Below are positions 38,896 through 51,369 of a stretch of DNA of 64,000 bases, piece by piece. How positions within the stretch are numbered: position 1 is the stretch's first letter; each line of letters begins with the position of its first letter. The stretch comes from Chiloscyllium plagiosum. Taxonomy: Eukaryota. The translations under genes were made by a program, and so were the position numbers. The notes under the pieces were generated by a model. The model was not told the DNA's origin. It ran no database searches and saw only the letters and a program-made list of their open reading frames with translations. The DNA is taken from the NCBI RefSeq assembly GCF_004010195.1, contig NC_057719.1:46138021-46202020 (forward strand), written 5' to 3'.

Positions 38896-40139
38896 TATCA
38901 ACTCCAGTTATGAAATACATGCAAAGTACTGAAGTCAGGCGAATGGTAACAGCTTATAATTAATTACATTAAAAACCTTTCAAACAATTAAGTTAAGGTA
39001 TTTCACAGAAGGCCTATCAAATACAATTTGACCATGAATCTCATAAGTGAAAAATTCAGGAGGAAGCTCTAGCATTAAACTTAGATTCATAGTAGAATGG
39101 AGAAACAAAATTGGAAGGAGGAAGCAGTATGAGGAAAGGTGTATAGATAGCTGATGTTAAAAATGTCCAATCAGGAACACATTACACATGCGATTCTGAA
39201 CAATATTTAATTGGGTCACAAAGATTTAAAGAATCCAATTTTTTTTCTAACACTGCATTTCAGAAAAAGCTATTCTGGGTTTTATTCTTGCCAAAAGATT
39301 GCCACCTTGCTTCAACTTTAGGAGGAGGCTGACAGAGAAACAATAGTAAAATACGGAAATCATTAACTTAAACAGCCATCAAGTCAATCACAATATTTAA
39401 GAGGTCATTAGATTGATATTTCAGAAGAGGTTGATAAAAAAAAGGATAGAGAAAAAGCTATGAAATGCAATTAGATAGCTCTGGTGTTGGTAAGGATCAA
39501 ATCTGCACACAAACAGATTTGGCAACATGTGATATTTGATTATGAACTTTAAGTTGGATCTATTTTGGTAGCATTCACAAGTATGTCCATTAAATAATGA
39601 TTGATTGAAATGATAACAAATTCAGGTGATTATATTTCAATGTTAACCAGAAGTCCAATTAAAAAACCTTCAAGAAAGCTAAATCACAGATATCGGACTT
39701 TAACTTGACCATGTAGGCAGCCTCAACTCTCCCAAAATGTAATTTTAAGAAAAGTGCACCACTGTACTTCAGAAATCTGTTGAGAGATGCAGAATGCGCA
39801 ACATTAGCGATCACACATTATTAACAAAGTGACCAGTGTTGGATTAATTTCCTCCTCCGTATTTCTAATGAACAAGTTACTCGTGACTTGTAGTATGTTT
39901 TCTTTTCACAGCAAAATGAAGGTTAAGTTCCTGCTAAGTCTGATACTATATAATCCTAAAGGCAATAGCGCTTTTGGTTTTAACACACCATTGTAAAAAT
40001 CTATGGCTGATTCTTACATTTTTTTTATTGCCAGTTCTGTCAGGTTTCATAGAAGTGTCCCTCAATAAGACCTATGAGTACTTACCATATTTTACTAACC
40101 ACCAACCCTGCCCCTATGATGCACTCCTCACCAGATTCT

Positions 40140-42550
40140 GGACCCATTCCACTACCCACCATTCCTGGAAGAACCTGCCACTTCCTGGATAACCCACAAA
40201 AGACCAGCATTGCTGTTGTCTCCACCATCTTGAAAATGCTGCAGTATACCCAAATAAGCACTGGCACTCCAAAACATACCTACTCAGTGAAGTTATCAGA
40301 CCTTGGCAACCTGTTCCGAGATCACCATCCAGGTCAGTGCCGGTTCCACAGTCTGAAGGAACAGCCAGCAGTGCTAAAAGAAATTCCAGAACCTTCCCCA
40401 TTCTATTAGGGTAAATGCCTCTAACTCTCCTTTCCCTACTACTGTCTAGATTAGAGTGGTGCTGGAAAAGCACAGCTGGTCAGGCAGCATCCGTGGAGCA
40501 GGAAAATCAACATTTTGGGCAAAACCCCTTTATCAGGAATAGAGGCAGGAAGCCTCCAGGGTGCAGAGATAAATGGGGGGACTGGGGAGAAGGTAGCAAA
40601 GAGTACAATAGGTGAATGGGAGTGGGGATGGTCAGAGGGGAGGGTAGAGCGGATATGTGGGAAGGGAGATTGGCAGGTAGGACAGGTCATGAGGACTGTG
40701 CTGAGCTGGAAGGTTGGAACTGGGGTAAGGTAGGGGNNNNNNNNNNNNNNNNNNNNNNNNNNNNNNNNNNNNNNNNNNNNNNNNNNNNNNNNNNNNNNNN
40801 NNNNNNNNNNNNNNNNNNNNNNNNNNNNNNNNNNNNNNNNNNNNNNNNNNNNNNNNNNNNNNNNNNNNNNNNNNNNNNNNNNNNNNNNNNNNNNNNNNNN
40901 NNNNNNNNNNNNNNNNNNNNNNNNNNNNNNNNNNNNNNNNNNNNNNNNNNNNNNNNNNNNNNNNNNNNNNNNNNGCTGGAAGTTTGGAACTGGGGTGAGG
41001 TGGGGGAAGGGGAAATAAGGAAACTGGTGAAGTCCACATTGATGTCCTGGTGTTGAAGTGTTCCGAGGCGGAAGATGAGGCGTTCTTTCTCCAGGCATTG
41101 GGTTGTGAGGGAGAGGCGGTGGAGGCGGCCTCGGACCTGCAGAGTGGGAGGGGGAGTTGAAATGTTCGGCCACAGGGTTGATTGGTGCAGGTGCTCCAGA
41201 GAGGTTTCCTAAAGCACTCTGCAAGAAGGCATCCAGTCTCCCCAATGTAGAGGAGACCGCATCGGGAGCAACGGATACAATAAATGACGTTGGTGGATGT
41301 GCAGGTGAAACTTTGATGGATGTGAAGACTCCTTTGGGGCCTTGGATTGAGGTGAGGGGGGGGAGGTGTGGGCGCAGGTGGCAGGGGAAAGTGCCAGGAA
41401 GGGAGGGTGGGTTGTATCTAGCTCCCATCAAGGCTCATGCTCTGCCATTCTCTGTATGAACGCAAAATCTTCCCTTGCTTCCCCTGTCCCTATCTCAGGC
41501 CTCATAACACTAACCCTGCACTGCCTTTAATTCACCTAGGACTCCTCCCTAACTTTTGCATACGTGCACCAACAGCTATGCTATCCACTTCACCTCACTG
41601 AATCCCTTCTTTTCTCCTATTATAGGAGAAAGCACTCTATAATAGGGCAGAAAGAGCCACAATAGCTGAAGGGTTAGGGTTAGAGTAGAAGGGTACCTGA
41701 CACTAGGCCAAATGTGGGAGGATTTCTAGCCTTTGCAGAAGACTAGGTCCACTCCTGTGGGAGTGTGACAACTGTATTCAACAACTGAGTATGTATCACT
41801 CTTCATTCCACTGCAACTCTCACATTAACCGTACTGTCAGTGTCATGCATTACACACACTTGTAACCATTGGCTATGGTGCCTTCTCTCTTGTACCATGC
41901 GCATGCCAGAGGGATGGCCATGGTCCCAGCAAAGAAAGGGACTGCTCCCCTAGGAGCGATTTCCTTGACCTCAGAGGAAGACAATTCACAGAGAGGGAGC
42001 ACTATCAGGGCTGGCTCCTGAAGCCTCCAACAGGTTAGATACTGATACCTTAGTGGGAACAATCAGGTTGCGAATGCTTCACAGCCCAAGCTGATGAGTA
42101 TCTCACTGCGACAGCTCCACAGCTGGCTTATGAAGACTCACTAGGCTGCTGCTACAGCCCAGGTACTTGCACTGCCTCAGAAGGGATGATCCATGGAATC
42201 GGCAATCAGGGACTTCATCCAAATGAACAGGAACAGCAAATAGGAAAGTGGGAGGCAATGTGTCTCATAGCCCAAAGGATGCAGGACCACAGCTATGCTA
42301 TGGGGACCCAGCTGTGATCGCTTGGCTGCCCCCACAGACAGGTTAGCAGTTGCCATGGAGAGCCAGGCTCAATGTCTGCTGGATTTGTGCAGAGATCTGC
42401 ACTCTATCACCTCAGCCATTGGCCCTCAGGTCTGAAGGTATGACAATGGAGCTATGGCAAACCTCAAGCAATTCCAGCTGCCCCTTCATCACAAGGGGAC
42501 AAAGTACACTGCCATAGAGTAAGATGCACACTCCCTTGAGTGAGGACCAC
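40140..42550 (+). mobile_element. Degenerate Harbinger-type Myb/SANT gene relic with intron (donor 40411, acceptor 41625)
   Basis: Exon-like TCSEITIQVSAGSTV*RNSQQC*KKFQNL..SIR|gtaaat ... cttcttttctcctattatag|EKALYNRAERAT; resembles a trihelix Myb/SANT domain plus the KxAHNRRER motif. Right boundary is approximate. Confidence 0.6.
40445..41415 (-). mobile_element. Penelope-like element 3' part (GIY-YIG plus terminus with degenerate hammerhead); gap at 40737-40974
   Basis: VIYCIRCSRCGLLYIGETG...PVAEHFNSPSH remnants; terminal repeat at 40445-40540. Confidence 0.88.
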
Positions 42551-43624
42551 CGACCAGCTTGGTTGTGTAACTGCGCTAATATGCAAGGCTATTAGCATGA
42601 TTGTAGGCTATGAGCATGATTGTAGTCATTACGAAGACAGCAAGTGAGCAGGCCAGAGATGCAGCAATGTCGAATCACCATTAGCCTGATGCCGGTCCCT
42701 GACTGTAGTGTCCTTGCAGAAGTCTTTCAGTGCTACTTATTGGTACATCCTGAAATGCAGGTCTCTACTTCCTAAGTGTCCTGCAAGCTGATTGAAGTAG
42801 TGCCATGAGGATTCTGAGAGGGTGGTAATTATCAAGTGCCAATGTCTGTGGATGCGGATGGCATGTGGCTTGTGGCCAGCAATCATGCTCAGGAGATGTG
42901 TGTTGATTAAGATGGAGCCTCTTTGTAGACAGGAGAGAGCTGAAGTCGCTAGGAATCTGCTGACTTCAGCGCCTAGTTTATTCATGGCCGATGATCTGAT
43001 GGAATGCTGATACTAAGTGTCGCAAGATCTGCACCTAATAATGTTGTTAACAAGCAATAATCCCCACTTTGCTGCTGGCTCGTGAGTATCTTCTCTCGAT
43101 GACTGAAATGTAGTTAAAATTTGAAGTGAAACTTTGTCACATTTCTTATCCTTGCCCACATTGTTCAGGCTTTTATAAAAAGGTTCCACCCCTAGTGTTG
43201 AAATTGAGATGCACAAGATACAAAGACATTCTTGATTCAGTTCCACCAGTCAGAATAAGAAAGTATCAATATTAAAAAGTTACACTTGACATTGCAGATA
43301 ATAATGCATTTTGAATACAATAAAAAAAAATTCAAAATTCATTGTGTGCAGTAAACCCCAATGAGATACGGTTGCTTTTTTAAAAATCTACTTTCATCTG
43401 AAATTGAACTAGTTTCTAATGGTATGTGACTTCTGTACAAGGACTTTGCTGATTCATTGCTAACGAATGGTCATATTTACATTGAGAGACATCATAATCC
43501 TTACAGTCTTTATATTGACACTTAAGACGACAAGATGACTGCTGCAGTATCAAGCTATCTGGGAGATCCAAGTCAAAATACAAAGAATGGTATCCTGAAG
43601 ATCCCAGTCTTGGATCCTTCCATG

Positions 43625-44122
43625 TATCCTATAGGAAACTTGAAAGGGTTCAGAAAAGATTTACAAGGATGTTGCCAGGGTTGGAGGATTTGAACTACAT
43701 GGAGTGGATGAATAGGCTGGTGCTGTTTTGCCTGGAGCATCGGAGGCTGAGGGGTGACCTTATAGAGGTTTATAAAATCATGAGGAGCATGGATAGGGTG
43801 AACAGAAAAGGTCTTTTCCCTTGGTCTGAGAGTCCAGAACTAAAAGGGTTTAAGCTGAGAGGGGAAAGATATAAACGGGACTTAAGGGGCAACTTTTTCA
43901 CACAGAGGGTAGTGCATGCATGGAATAAGCTGTCAGAGAAAGTGATGGAAGCTGGTATAGCTACAACAATTAAAAGGCATCTGGATGGGTATATGAACAG
44001 GAAAGGTTTAAAGGGATATAGGCCAAGTGCTGGCAAATGGGACTGGATTAGTTTCAGATATCTGGTCAGCATAGACGAGTTGGATGAAAGGGACTGTTTC
44101 CATACTGTACATCTATGACTCT
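43625..44122 (+). mobile_element. CR1 (HER1-like) LINE 3' fragment
   Basis: ORF 43669..44118 RRLRGDLIEVYKIM...FFTQRVV..WN. Confidence 0.9.
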
Positions 44123-46400
44123 TATGTATAGCATCACTAATTCTGATTGGTCCAGGAGTCCCCCATTCAGCACAAATTCTACATTGGGCATTCAAATCAT
44201 GCATAAATATTGGGTTTGCTGCAGTCAGCAAATTTGCATGTAGCTTCACAGCATCAGCTAAATCATTCAGGGAACTAGGATACCACCCGTGAGAGTTAGT
44301 GAAGAAGAAAAGGCAAAGTCCTTCTCTCAGTTCTCCAGTATCCTCACAGCTACACTCTACAAGTTCATGGCTCTCTGCAAGTAATGTTGTCAAACAGGAA
44401 GTTTGTCAAACAACAGCTGGAGTTCTTTACATAGCATCTGGAGTAGCCAGCAAACCATCATTTCCTGGGATTGAATCCTGCAAATATTGAATCCTTTGTT
44501 CATTAAACAGAGTCAACATAAACATACTACTTTTTGTTGAATATGAATGAAGCAGGAATTTAGTTTTTCCAAAGTGTGGCCAAAGTGCTAAGTAGAAAGT
44601 CACTATGTATCAAAATTATTAATTTACTTAAAACACTGTTGTTTTGAAACACTGAATTCAATGCTAAATGTTAGATTTGTTTTTACATTTCAGCACAAGC
44701 TAAATCTGGACAACTATTAAAAGGCAGCCAACTCAATCAATAATTGTTGTTTGTAAATAATTAGTTACTTCAAAAGGCTTTGAATCATGAATATATAGTA
44801 TTTCGAAATGAAGTTGTTCACATGAAGGCAGTGATTAGAAGGCTCATATCATTCTTCTTTGATCTGAAAAAAGGAAAAGTCCAAATTCCCCAAACATTAA
44901 GCAAAGCTTTGCCAATATTTAATTATTTCAAACAGAAACAGCACATTCTAAGGCCTCACAAAATTGGGTCTCAGATTGAATATTTCTGTTCAATTGAACT
45001 ACTATGGAATCAAGAGCACTTCCAGTATTATCTGGTTAATTGGTATAAGGACCAGAAACAAAGGAAGTTTAAATCAGGTGATTTCCATTTGTTACAATGA
45101 AAAATTAAAATATAGCAAATGAGAAGCAAAGTTATTCAAATGTATTTTGTTAACAAAGTTTTTGAAAATTAGTATTTTGCCTTAAAGACGCGGATTGGGG
45201 GAAATTTGCCCCAAATGTCGAATGTCACTTTTCAAATCCAGTTCTAGCAAGTGTCTAGACATGACAGCCTGAATTTTGTAGTCAGCAACACAAAATCAGC
45301 ACTCGCCACTCATTGCTCGTGCATATTTGCCCACAGACGTGTTAAGTTTTCATGTTGTGGTTTGTGGCAATTACAAGTGCAGAAACAGCACAAAATTCCT
45401 CTATAGAAAAGGAGACTTTGTAAAACGGAAAGCAATGACATGTTTTCTCAATCAGAGTGAAGATTCCAAGATGCAGAGATTAACCATTTAGTGCACTGGC
45501 AGGTCTACCAGAAAGCCTGCTGTCACTCCCAAGGAACACGGGTGGGTTTGGCATCAAATTTGGACCGAAGCTTTCTGCACAGCTCGGAGCCCATTCTTTC
45601 CTGTCTGGAAGTGGCAGCTGACTCCACAACAATACCTTGGTCCCAATCTTGATGACTGCCTGACAGCCAATGACTCAGCTTTCACTGGGTAACTTCTGCT
45701 TCAGGCGCACAAAGTGTGTCAGTGGAAGCACAGACAGAGGCTACGAAATCTCACTTTGTTGTCATGCAGGCTAAAACTGCTGCCACTATGGCTGCAAGCA
45801 CCACTGATCAAACACGTCTGCAGAGTCTCACTGCAATCCATCCTTCAACAATTTAAGATTTCAACAGGTGAAGTGGTCATGGTTTGCGAAGAACAAACCA
45901 ACTGTCCTCTCAGAATAACAGTATTCATCCTCTCACCACTGCCATTGAGTCAATATCATTACCGTTTTCAGTCAGTCATCCTCACAGGCCACTGTCATCC
46001 ATGCTGATGTGGTTTAGTCTGAAGTCGGGTCTTCTAGGCCCAGAGCTGCTCACAGACATCCTGCAAAAGTTATCTGCAATTCTCCCAGGAATGGCACACA
46101 AAATAAAAAGACAGCCAGCAGTTGTTGTCCTGGATGCTTGTTCATTCATTGCACATACATGCAAATACCATCTGCAAAACATGCTCACAACACCAGAACT
46201 CCAGGTAATATGGAAATGAATTCTGCATTACTCCATTTGCTTCAATGGCTGCAGGTTCTGACAGCCTCACTCTTTCTGCATATAATATCAGGTCATTAAG
46301 AACAAAATGTTTGCTAGAATGCTAGCATACTCTTAAGTTCAGTCCATGTTGATAATAAGTAAAATATTGCTATTTTCAGCATAGATATGGATATAACTTT

Positions 46401-47103
46401 ATAGACAATAGGTGCAGGAGTAGGCCATTCTGCCCTTCAAGCCAGCACCACCATTCATTATGATCATGGCTGATCATCCTCAAATCAGTATCCTGTTCCT
46501 GCCTTATCCCCATAACCCTTAATTCCACTATCCTTAAGACTCTATCCAACTCTTTCTTGAAAGTATTCAGAGACTTGGCCTCCACAGCCTTCTGGGGCAG
46601 AGCATTCCACACACCCACCACTCTCTGGGTGAAGAAGTTTCTCCTCAGCTCTATTCTAAATGGCCTACCCCTTATTTTTAAACTGTGTCCTCTGGTTTGG
46701 GACTCACCCATCAGCGGAAACATGCTTCCTGCCTCCAGAGTGTCCAATCCTTTAATAACTTCATATGTCTCAATCAGATCCCCTCTCAGCCTTCTAAACC
46801 CAAAGGTATACAAGCCCAGTCGCTCCAATCTTTCGACGTAAGACAGTTCCGCCATTCCAGGAATTGACCTCGTGAACCTACGCTGCGCTCTCTCAATAGC
46901 CAGAATGTCTTTCCTCAAATTTGGAGACCAAAACTGCTCACAATATTCCAGGTGTGGTCTCACCAGGGCCCTGTACAGCTGAAGAACCTCTTTGTTTCTA
47001 TATTCAATTCCTCTTGTTATGAAGGCCAGCATGCTATTAGCTTTCTTCACTGCCTGATGTACCTGCATGCTTGCTTTCATTGACTGATGTACAAGAACAC
47101 CTA
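46401..47103 (-). mobile_element. Young CR1 LINE 3' fragment next to a FERMT2 exon
   Basis: Uninterrupted ORF 46376..47080 LYRALVRPHLEYC.QFWSP...RRLRGDLIE...FFTQRVV..WNALP. Confidence 0.92.
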
Positions 47104-47155
47104 GAACACCTTTACTGCTCAGTCACATTCCAAGAACTGTATAAAGGATACTCAC

Positions 47156-47389
47156 TGAATGTCTTGGAAATATCAGAGACTGCTTTGAAGACTCTGTCCG
47201 AAAAGTTGACTTTCACCTTCACAGTCTTCATATTAGGCAGCTGGAGACGAAGTACCTTATGCTGAGGTGTGAACATTAGTTTGGCATCAGCTTGCACACC
47301 ATATTTATCCAAGGTCCAGTGAGTTTTCAGGAGCCAAGTTTTTTTCTTGTCCCACCACAATGCATGATCTGACCAGTCTTTCTTGACAT
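47156..47389 (-). CDS. FERMT2: Kindlin-2 coding exon (human exon 3 equivalent; F0/F1), 234 nt, phase 1-1
   Basis: Translates (D)[77 protein letters not shown], near-identical to kindlin-2 and distinct from kindlin-1/3. Acceptor tttttctgcag, donor gtgagt. Confidence 0.96.
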
Positions 47390-49613
47390 CTGCAGAAAAA
47401 TAATTTGCTGGTTAGATTTAGGACATAACTGTAAGGAAACTGCAATAACAATAATTGCTTTTTACACCAGATTGGTAAAAACAATTTTCCCTCAAGCACG
47501 TTGGAATATCTTATAAATGCTAAAATGCACTAACATAACAAGCAGCTGTTATCTGTATGCAAACAGCAATGTAATATTTAACTTGCTACTGTCATTCGAG
47601 GACAAATGGACAAAACAAGAAACACCTGACAATTAGCTTTCAATATATGTTTGGGTAAAAGTATTTCGGGGCAAATATAAAATACTGTCTCTGAAACTAT
47701 TAGGCACTCATTGCTTTTTAGTTAAAAATCACAACAACAGGTCAGGTTTATTTTTTGGTCCATCTGATAAACAAGAGAAATTCCAATAAAAGCATCCATC
47801 GAAAAGGCAGATCTTTGCCTCAGTGCAACAGAAACCAGCCACACACACGTTTCCAAACTGAGGTCCCTACTCTTTAAGAAGAGCCTTAATGGCAAACAAA
47901 TGTTGCCATTTATTGGCCTCTGCATTAGAAAGAAAGAATGTGAGGGAAACTGAACAATGCCAATACACTTTTTCATAAGCTACGGCAGGGAGCTTCCAAG
48001 AATGAATCAATATTTTTCTGAGTTCCAAACAGAGAAGTTTGAAATCAAGTTTTTTTTCAGAATTGAAAACAGAGGATAAAATTTAAAAAGTGCACAAGAT
48101 CATAATCACATAAGGATAGGAATCACCACAGTTCAATAGTTTCAAACAAGCTGCTTGCTTCTGGAATTCCACTTATGCCCCAACACACGCCATCATATGT
48201 TTGTGTTCTCAGCAGTCAACCGAGTGAGAAAAAGCAGACCCTGTGTGATCAGAGGTTCCTGAACAGGAATATTTATTTCTCACTGAGAATTTCAAAGCTT
48301 CCTAAAGATCATTTGAGTCATATGTAGCAAGGTCTGTTTGGAAAGCGATATGTTCACTTTAACTCCCATCTCCTCAAACCCAGATGTCCCAGGCACTCTT
48401 TGCCAACAGATTAAATTGTTTAAGTCCTAATTTTCAAATTTTTGTATTGCAATTTTATCAATTCTTCGCTAATAGAGAGGTTTTAATTGATAGATTAGCC
48501 CAAAATTTAAAACACTGAATCTGCAAATTTTAAGGAAACATTGCTGTTCATATAGCTACCATCATTTAGTAGTTATATGCTTTTCAATGGCATGTTTGCT
48601 GCAGTCTGTATAAAAAAAAGTATTCAGTCACCTCCAGTCCAGTTAATCATGAATTGATAAGCCATCCATACAACTGGTGCTTCTGGGTGGTCACTGGAAT
48701 TCTAAACAACCAGACTTTCAACTTTTGATAACTGTAACTATCCTCCAACACAATTTGCAGCTTAAGGTAGCAGCTGCTTCAGGGCCAGTATTCAAATGCC
48801 ACTTTACTTTGGTGCTCTAAATGAAAATTATGCATTTTCCAAAGTTTTCTTTAATCTCTCATGAGAGACACTGGCTAGCCAGCATTTATTGCCTATTCCA
48901 AATTGCCCTCAAGACGGTAATGGTAAGCTGCCTTCTTGAACTGTTGCAGTCCTTATGCTATAGGTAGATCCACAATACAATCAGCAAGGAATTCCCAGAT
49001 TTTGACCCAGCTGTGAAGAAATAGCATTATATTTCAAAATCAGGATGAGTAGTAGCTTGGTGGGTAACTTACAGGTGGTGGTGTTCCCAAGTATCTGTTG
49101 CTCGTCTTTCTAAATAGGTGTCGTTGGGGGTTTGGAAGGCACCATTTTAAATATCTTTGACAATTTTATACAGTGCATTCTATAGATATTACACACTGCT
49201 GTTAGTGAACATTGGTGGTGGAGGGAGTGGATGTTTGTGGATTTGGAGCCAATCAAATGGGTTGCTTTGTCCTGGATGGTGTCAAGCTTCTGAAGCCTTC
49301 TTGGAGCTGCACCCATCCAGGCAAGTGGGGAATATTCCATCATACTCCTGACTTGAGCCTTGTAGATAGTGGACAGGCTTTCAGGAGTCAGGAGGGGGGT
49401 TTTTCACTGCAATGTTCCTAGCCTTTGTCCTGCTCTTGTAGCCACTGTATTTATATAGCTAGTCCAGTCCTGGTCAATGAAAACCCCAAGATGTTGATAA
49501 TGATGATGATGATACTACTAAATGGAAAGAGCAGTGGTTAGGTTCTCTCTTTTTGGAAATGGTTATTGTACAGCATTTGTGTGGTGCAAACATTACTTGG
49601 CACTTGTCAGCTC

Positions 49614-51231
49614 TTCCGCAACTTGGCACTTGGCAACTTGGCACTTCCGCAACTACACTGGCCCCACCCCACACCTTTTCCTCCGCTACATCGATGACTG
49701 TATCGGCGCCGCCTCGTGCTCCCACGAGGAGGTTGAACAGTTCATCCACTTCACCAACACCTTCCACCCCGACCTCAAATTCACCTGGACAGTCTCAGAT
49801 TCCTCCCTACCCTTCCTCGACCTTTCCATTTCTATCTCAGGCGACCGAATCAACACGGACATCTACTACAAACCGACCGACTCCCACAGCTACCTGGACT
49901 ACACCTCCTCCGACCCTGCACCCTGTAAAAACGCCATCCCATTCTCCCAATTCCTTCGACTCCGCCGCATCTGCTCCCAGGAGGACCAGTTCCAAAAACG
50001 CACAACCCAGATGGCCTCCTTCTACAAGGACCGCAATTTCCCCCCCGACGTGGTCGACGATGCCCTCCACCGCATCTCTTCCACTTCCCGATCCTCCGCC
50101 CTTGAACCCCGCCCCTCCAACCGCCAACAGGACAGNNNNNNNNNNNNNNNNNNNNNNNNNNNNNNNNNNNNNNNNNNNNNNNNNNNNNNNNNNNNNNNNN
50201 NNNNNNNNNNNNNNNNNNNNNNNNNNNNNNNNNNNNNNNNNNNNNNNNNNNNNNNNNNNNNNNNNNNNNNNNNNNNNNNNNNNNNNNNNNNNNNNNNNNN
50301 NNNNNNNNNNNNNNNNNNNNNNNNNNNNNNNNNNNNNNNNNNNNNNNNNNNNNNNNNNNNNNNNNNNNNNNNNNNNNNNNNNNNNNNNNNNNNNNNNNNN
50401 NNNNNNNNNNNNNNNNNNNNNNNNNNNNNNNNNNNNNNNNNNNNNNNNNNNNNNNNNNNNNNNNNNNNNNNNNNNNNNNNNNNNNNNNNNNNNNNNNNNN
50501 NNNNNNNNNNNNNNNNNNNNNNNNNNNNNNNNNNNNNNNNNNNNNNNNNNNNNNNNNNNNNNNNNNNNNNNNNNNNNNNNNNNNNNNNNNNNNNNNNNNN
50601 NNNNNNNNNNNNNNNNNNNNNNNNNNNNNNNNNNNNNNNNNNNNNNNNNNNNNNNNNNNNNNNNNNNNNNNNNNNNNNNNNNNNNNNNNNNNNNNNNNNN
50701 NNNNNNNNNNNNNNNNNNNNNNNNNNNNNNNNNNNNNNNNNNNNNNNNNNNNNNNNNNNNNNNNNNNNNNNNNNNNNNNNNNNNNNNNNNNNNNNNNNNN
50801 NNNNNNNNNNNNNNNNNNNNNNNNNNNNNNNNNNNNNNNNNNNNNNNNNNNNNNNNNNNNNNNNNNNNNNNNNNNNNNNNNNNNNNNNNNNNNNNNNNNN
50901 NNNNNNNNNNNNNNNNNNNNNNNNNNNNNNNNNNNNNNNNNNNNNNNNNNNNNNNNNNNNNNNNNNNNNNNNNGCACTGCCTTCCTAACCTGCAATCTTC
51001 TTCCTGACCTCTCCGCCCCCACCCTAGTCTGACCTATCACCCTCACTTTGACCTCTTTTCATCTATCACATTTCCGACGCCCCTCCCCCAAGTCCCTCCT
51101 CCCTACCTTTTATCTTAGCCTGCTGGACAAACTTTCCTCATTCCTGAAGAAGGGCTTATGCCCGAAACGTCGATTCTCCTGTTCCCTGGATGCTGTCTGA
51201 CCTGCTGCGCTGTTCCAGCAACACATTTTCA
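49614..51231 (+). mobile_element. Young 5'-truncated Penelope-like element, 14-bp TSD; gap at 50136-50973
   Basis: Open, CpG-rich RT frame FLRYIDDCIG...PFLDL...YYKPTD...RLRRICS; TSD gcacttgtcagctc at 49600-49613 and 51232-51245. Confidence 0.93.
51140..51175 (+). ncRNA. Minimal type I hammerhead ribozyme motif (intact) in PLE terminus
   Basis: ATTC-CTGAAGA-A-GGGC-TTAT-GCCC-GAAA-CG-TC-GATT; predicted cleavage after C51171. Confidence 0.8.
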
Positions 51232-51369
51232 GCACTTGTCAGCTCAAGCATAGGTATTGTCCAGGTCTTGTTATATTTGAACATGGAGTATTTCAGTGTC
51301 TAAGATATCACACAAATAGTACTGAACACTGCACCAACAAACACCCCACTTCTGATCATATACATGCAA

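Noticed and set aside
42550..46200. Harbinger DDE transposase ORF beside the Myb relic (42550-43000, 45500-46200)
   Set aside because: No convincing transposase motifs could be read by eye; needs a translated HMM search.
47156..47389. Assignment as FERMT1 or FERMT3
   Set aside because: [31 protein letters not shown] and [13 protein letters not shown] match kindlin-2.
49522..51046. Long ORFs of 398-488 aa
   Set aside because: Length comes from the N gap; the only real part is PLE RT, and the N-terminus is antisense LINE plus junction patchwork.
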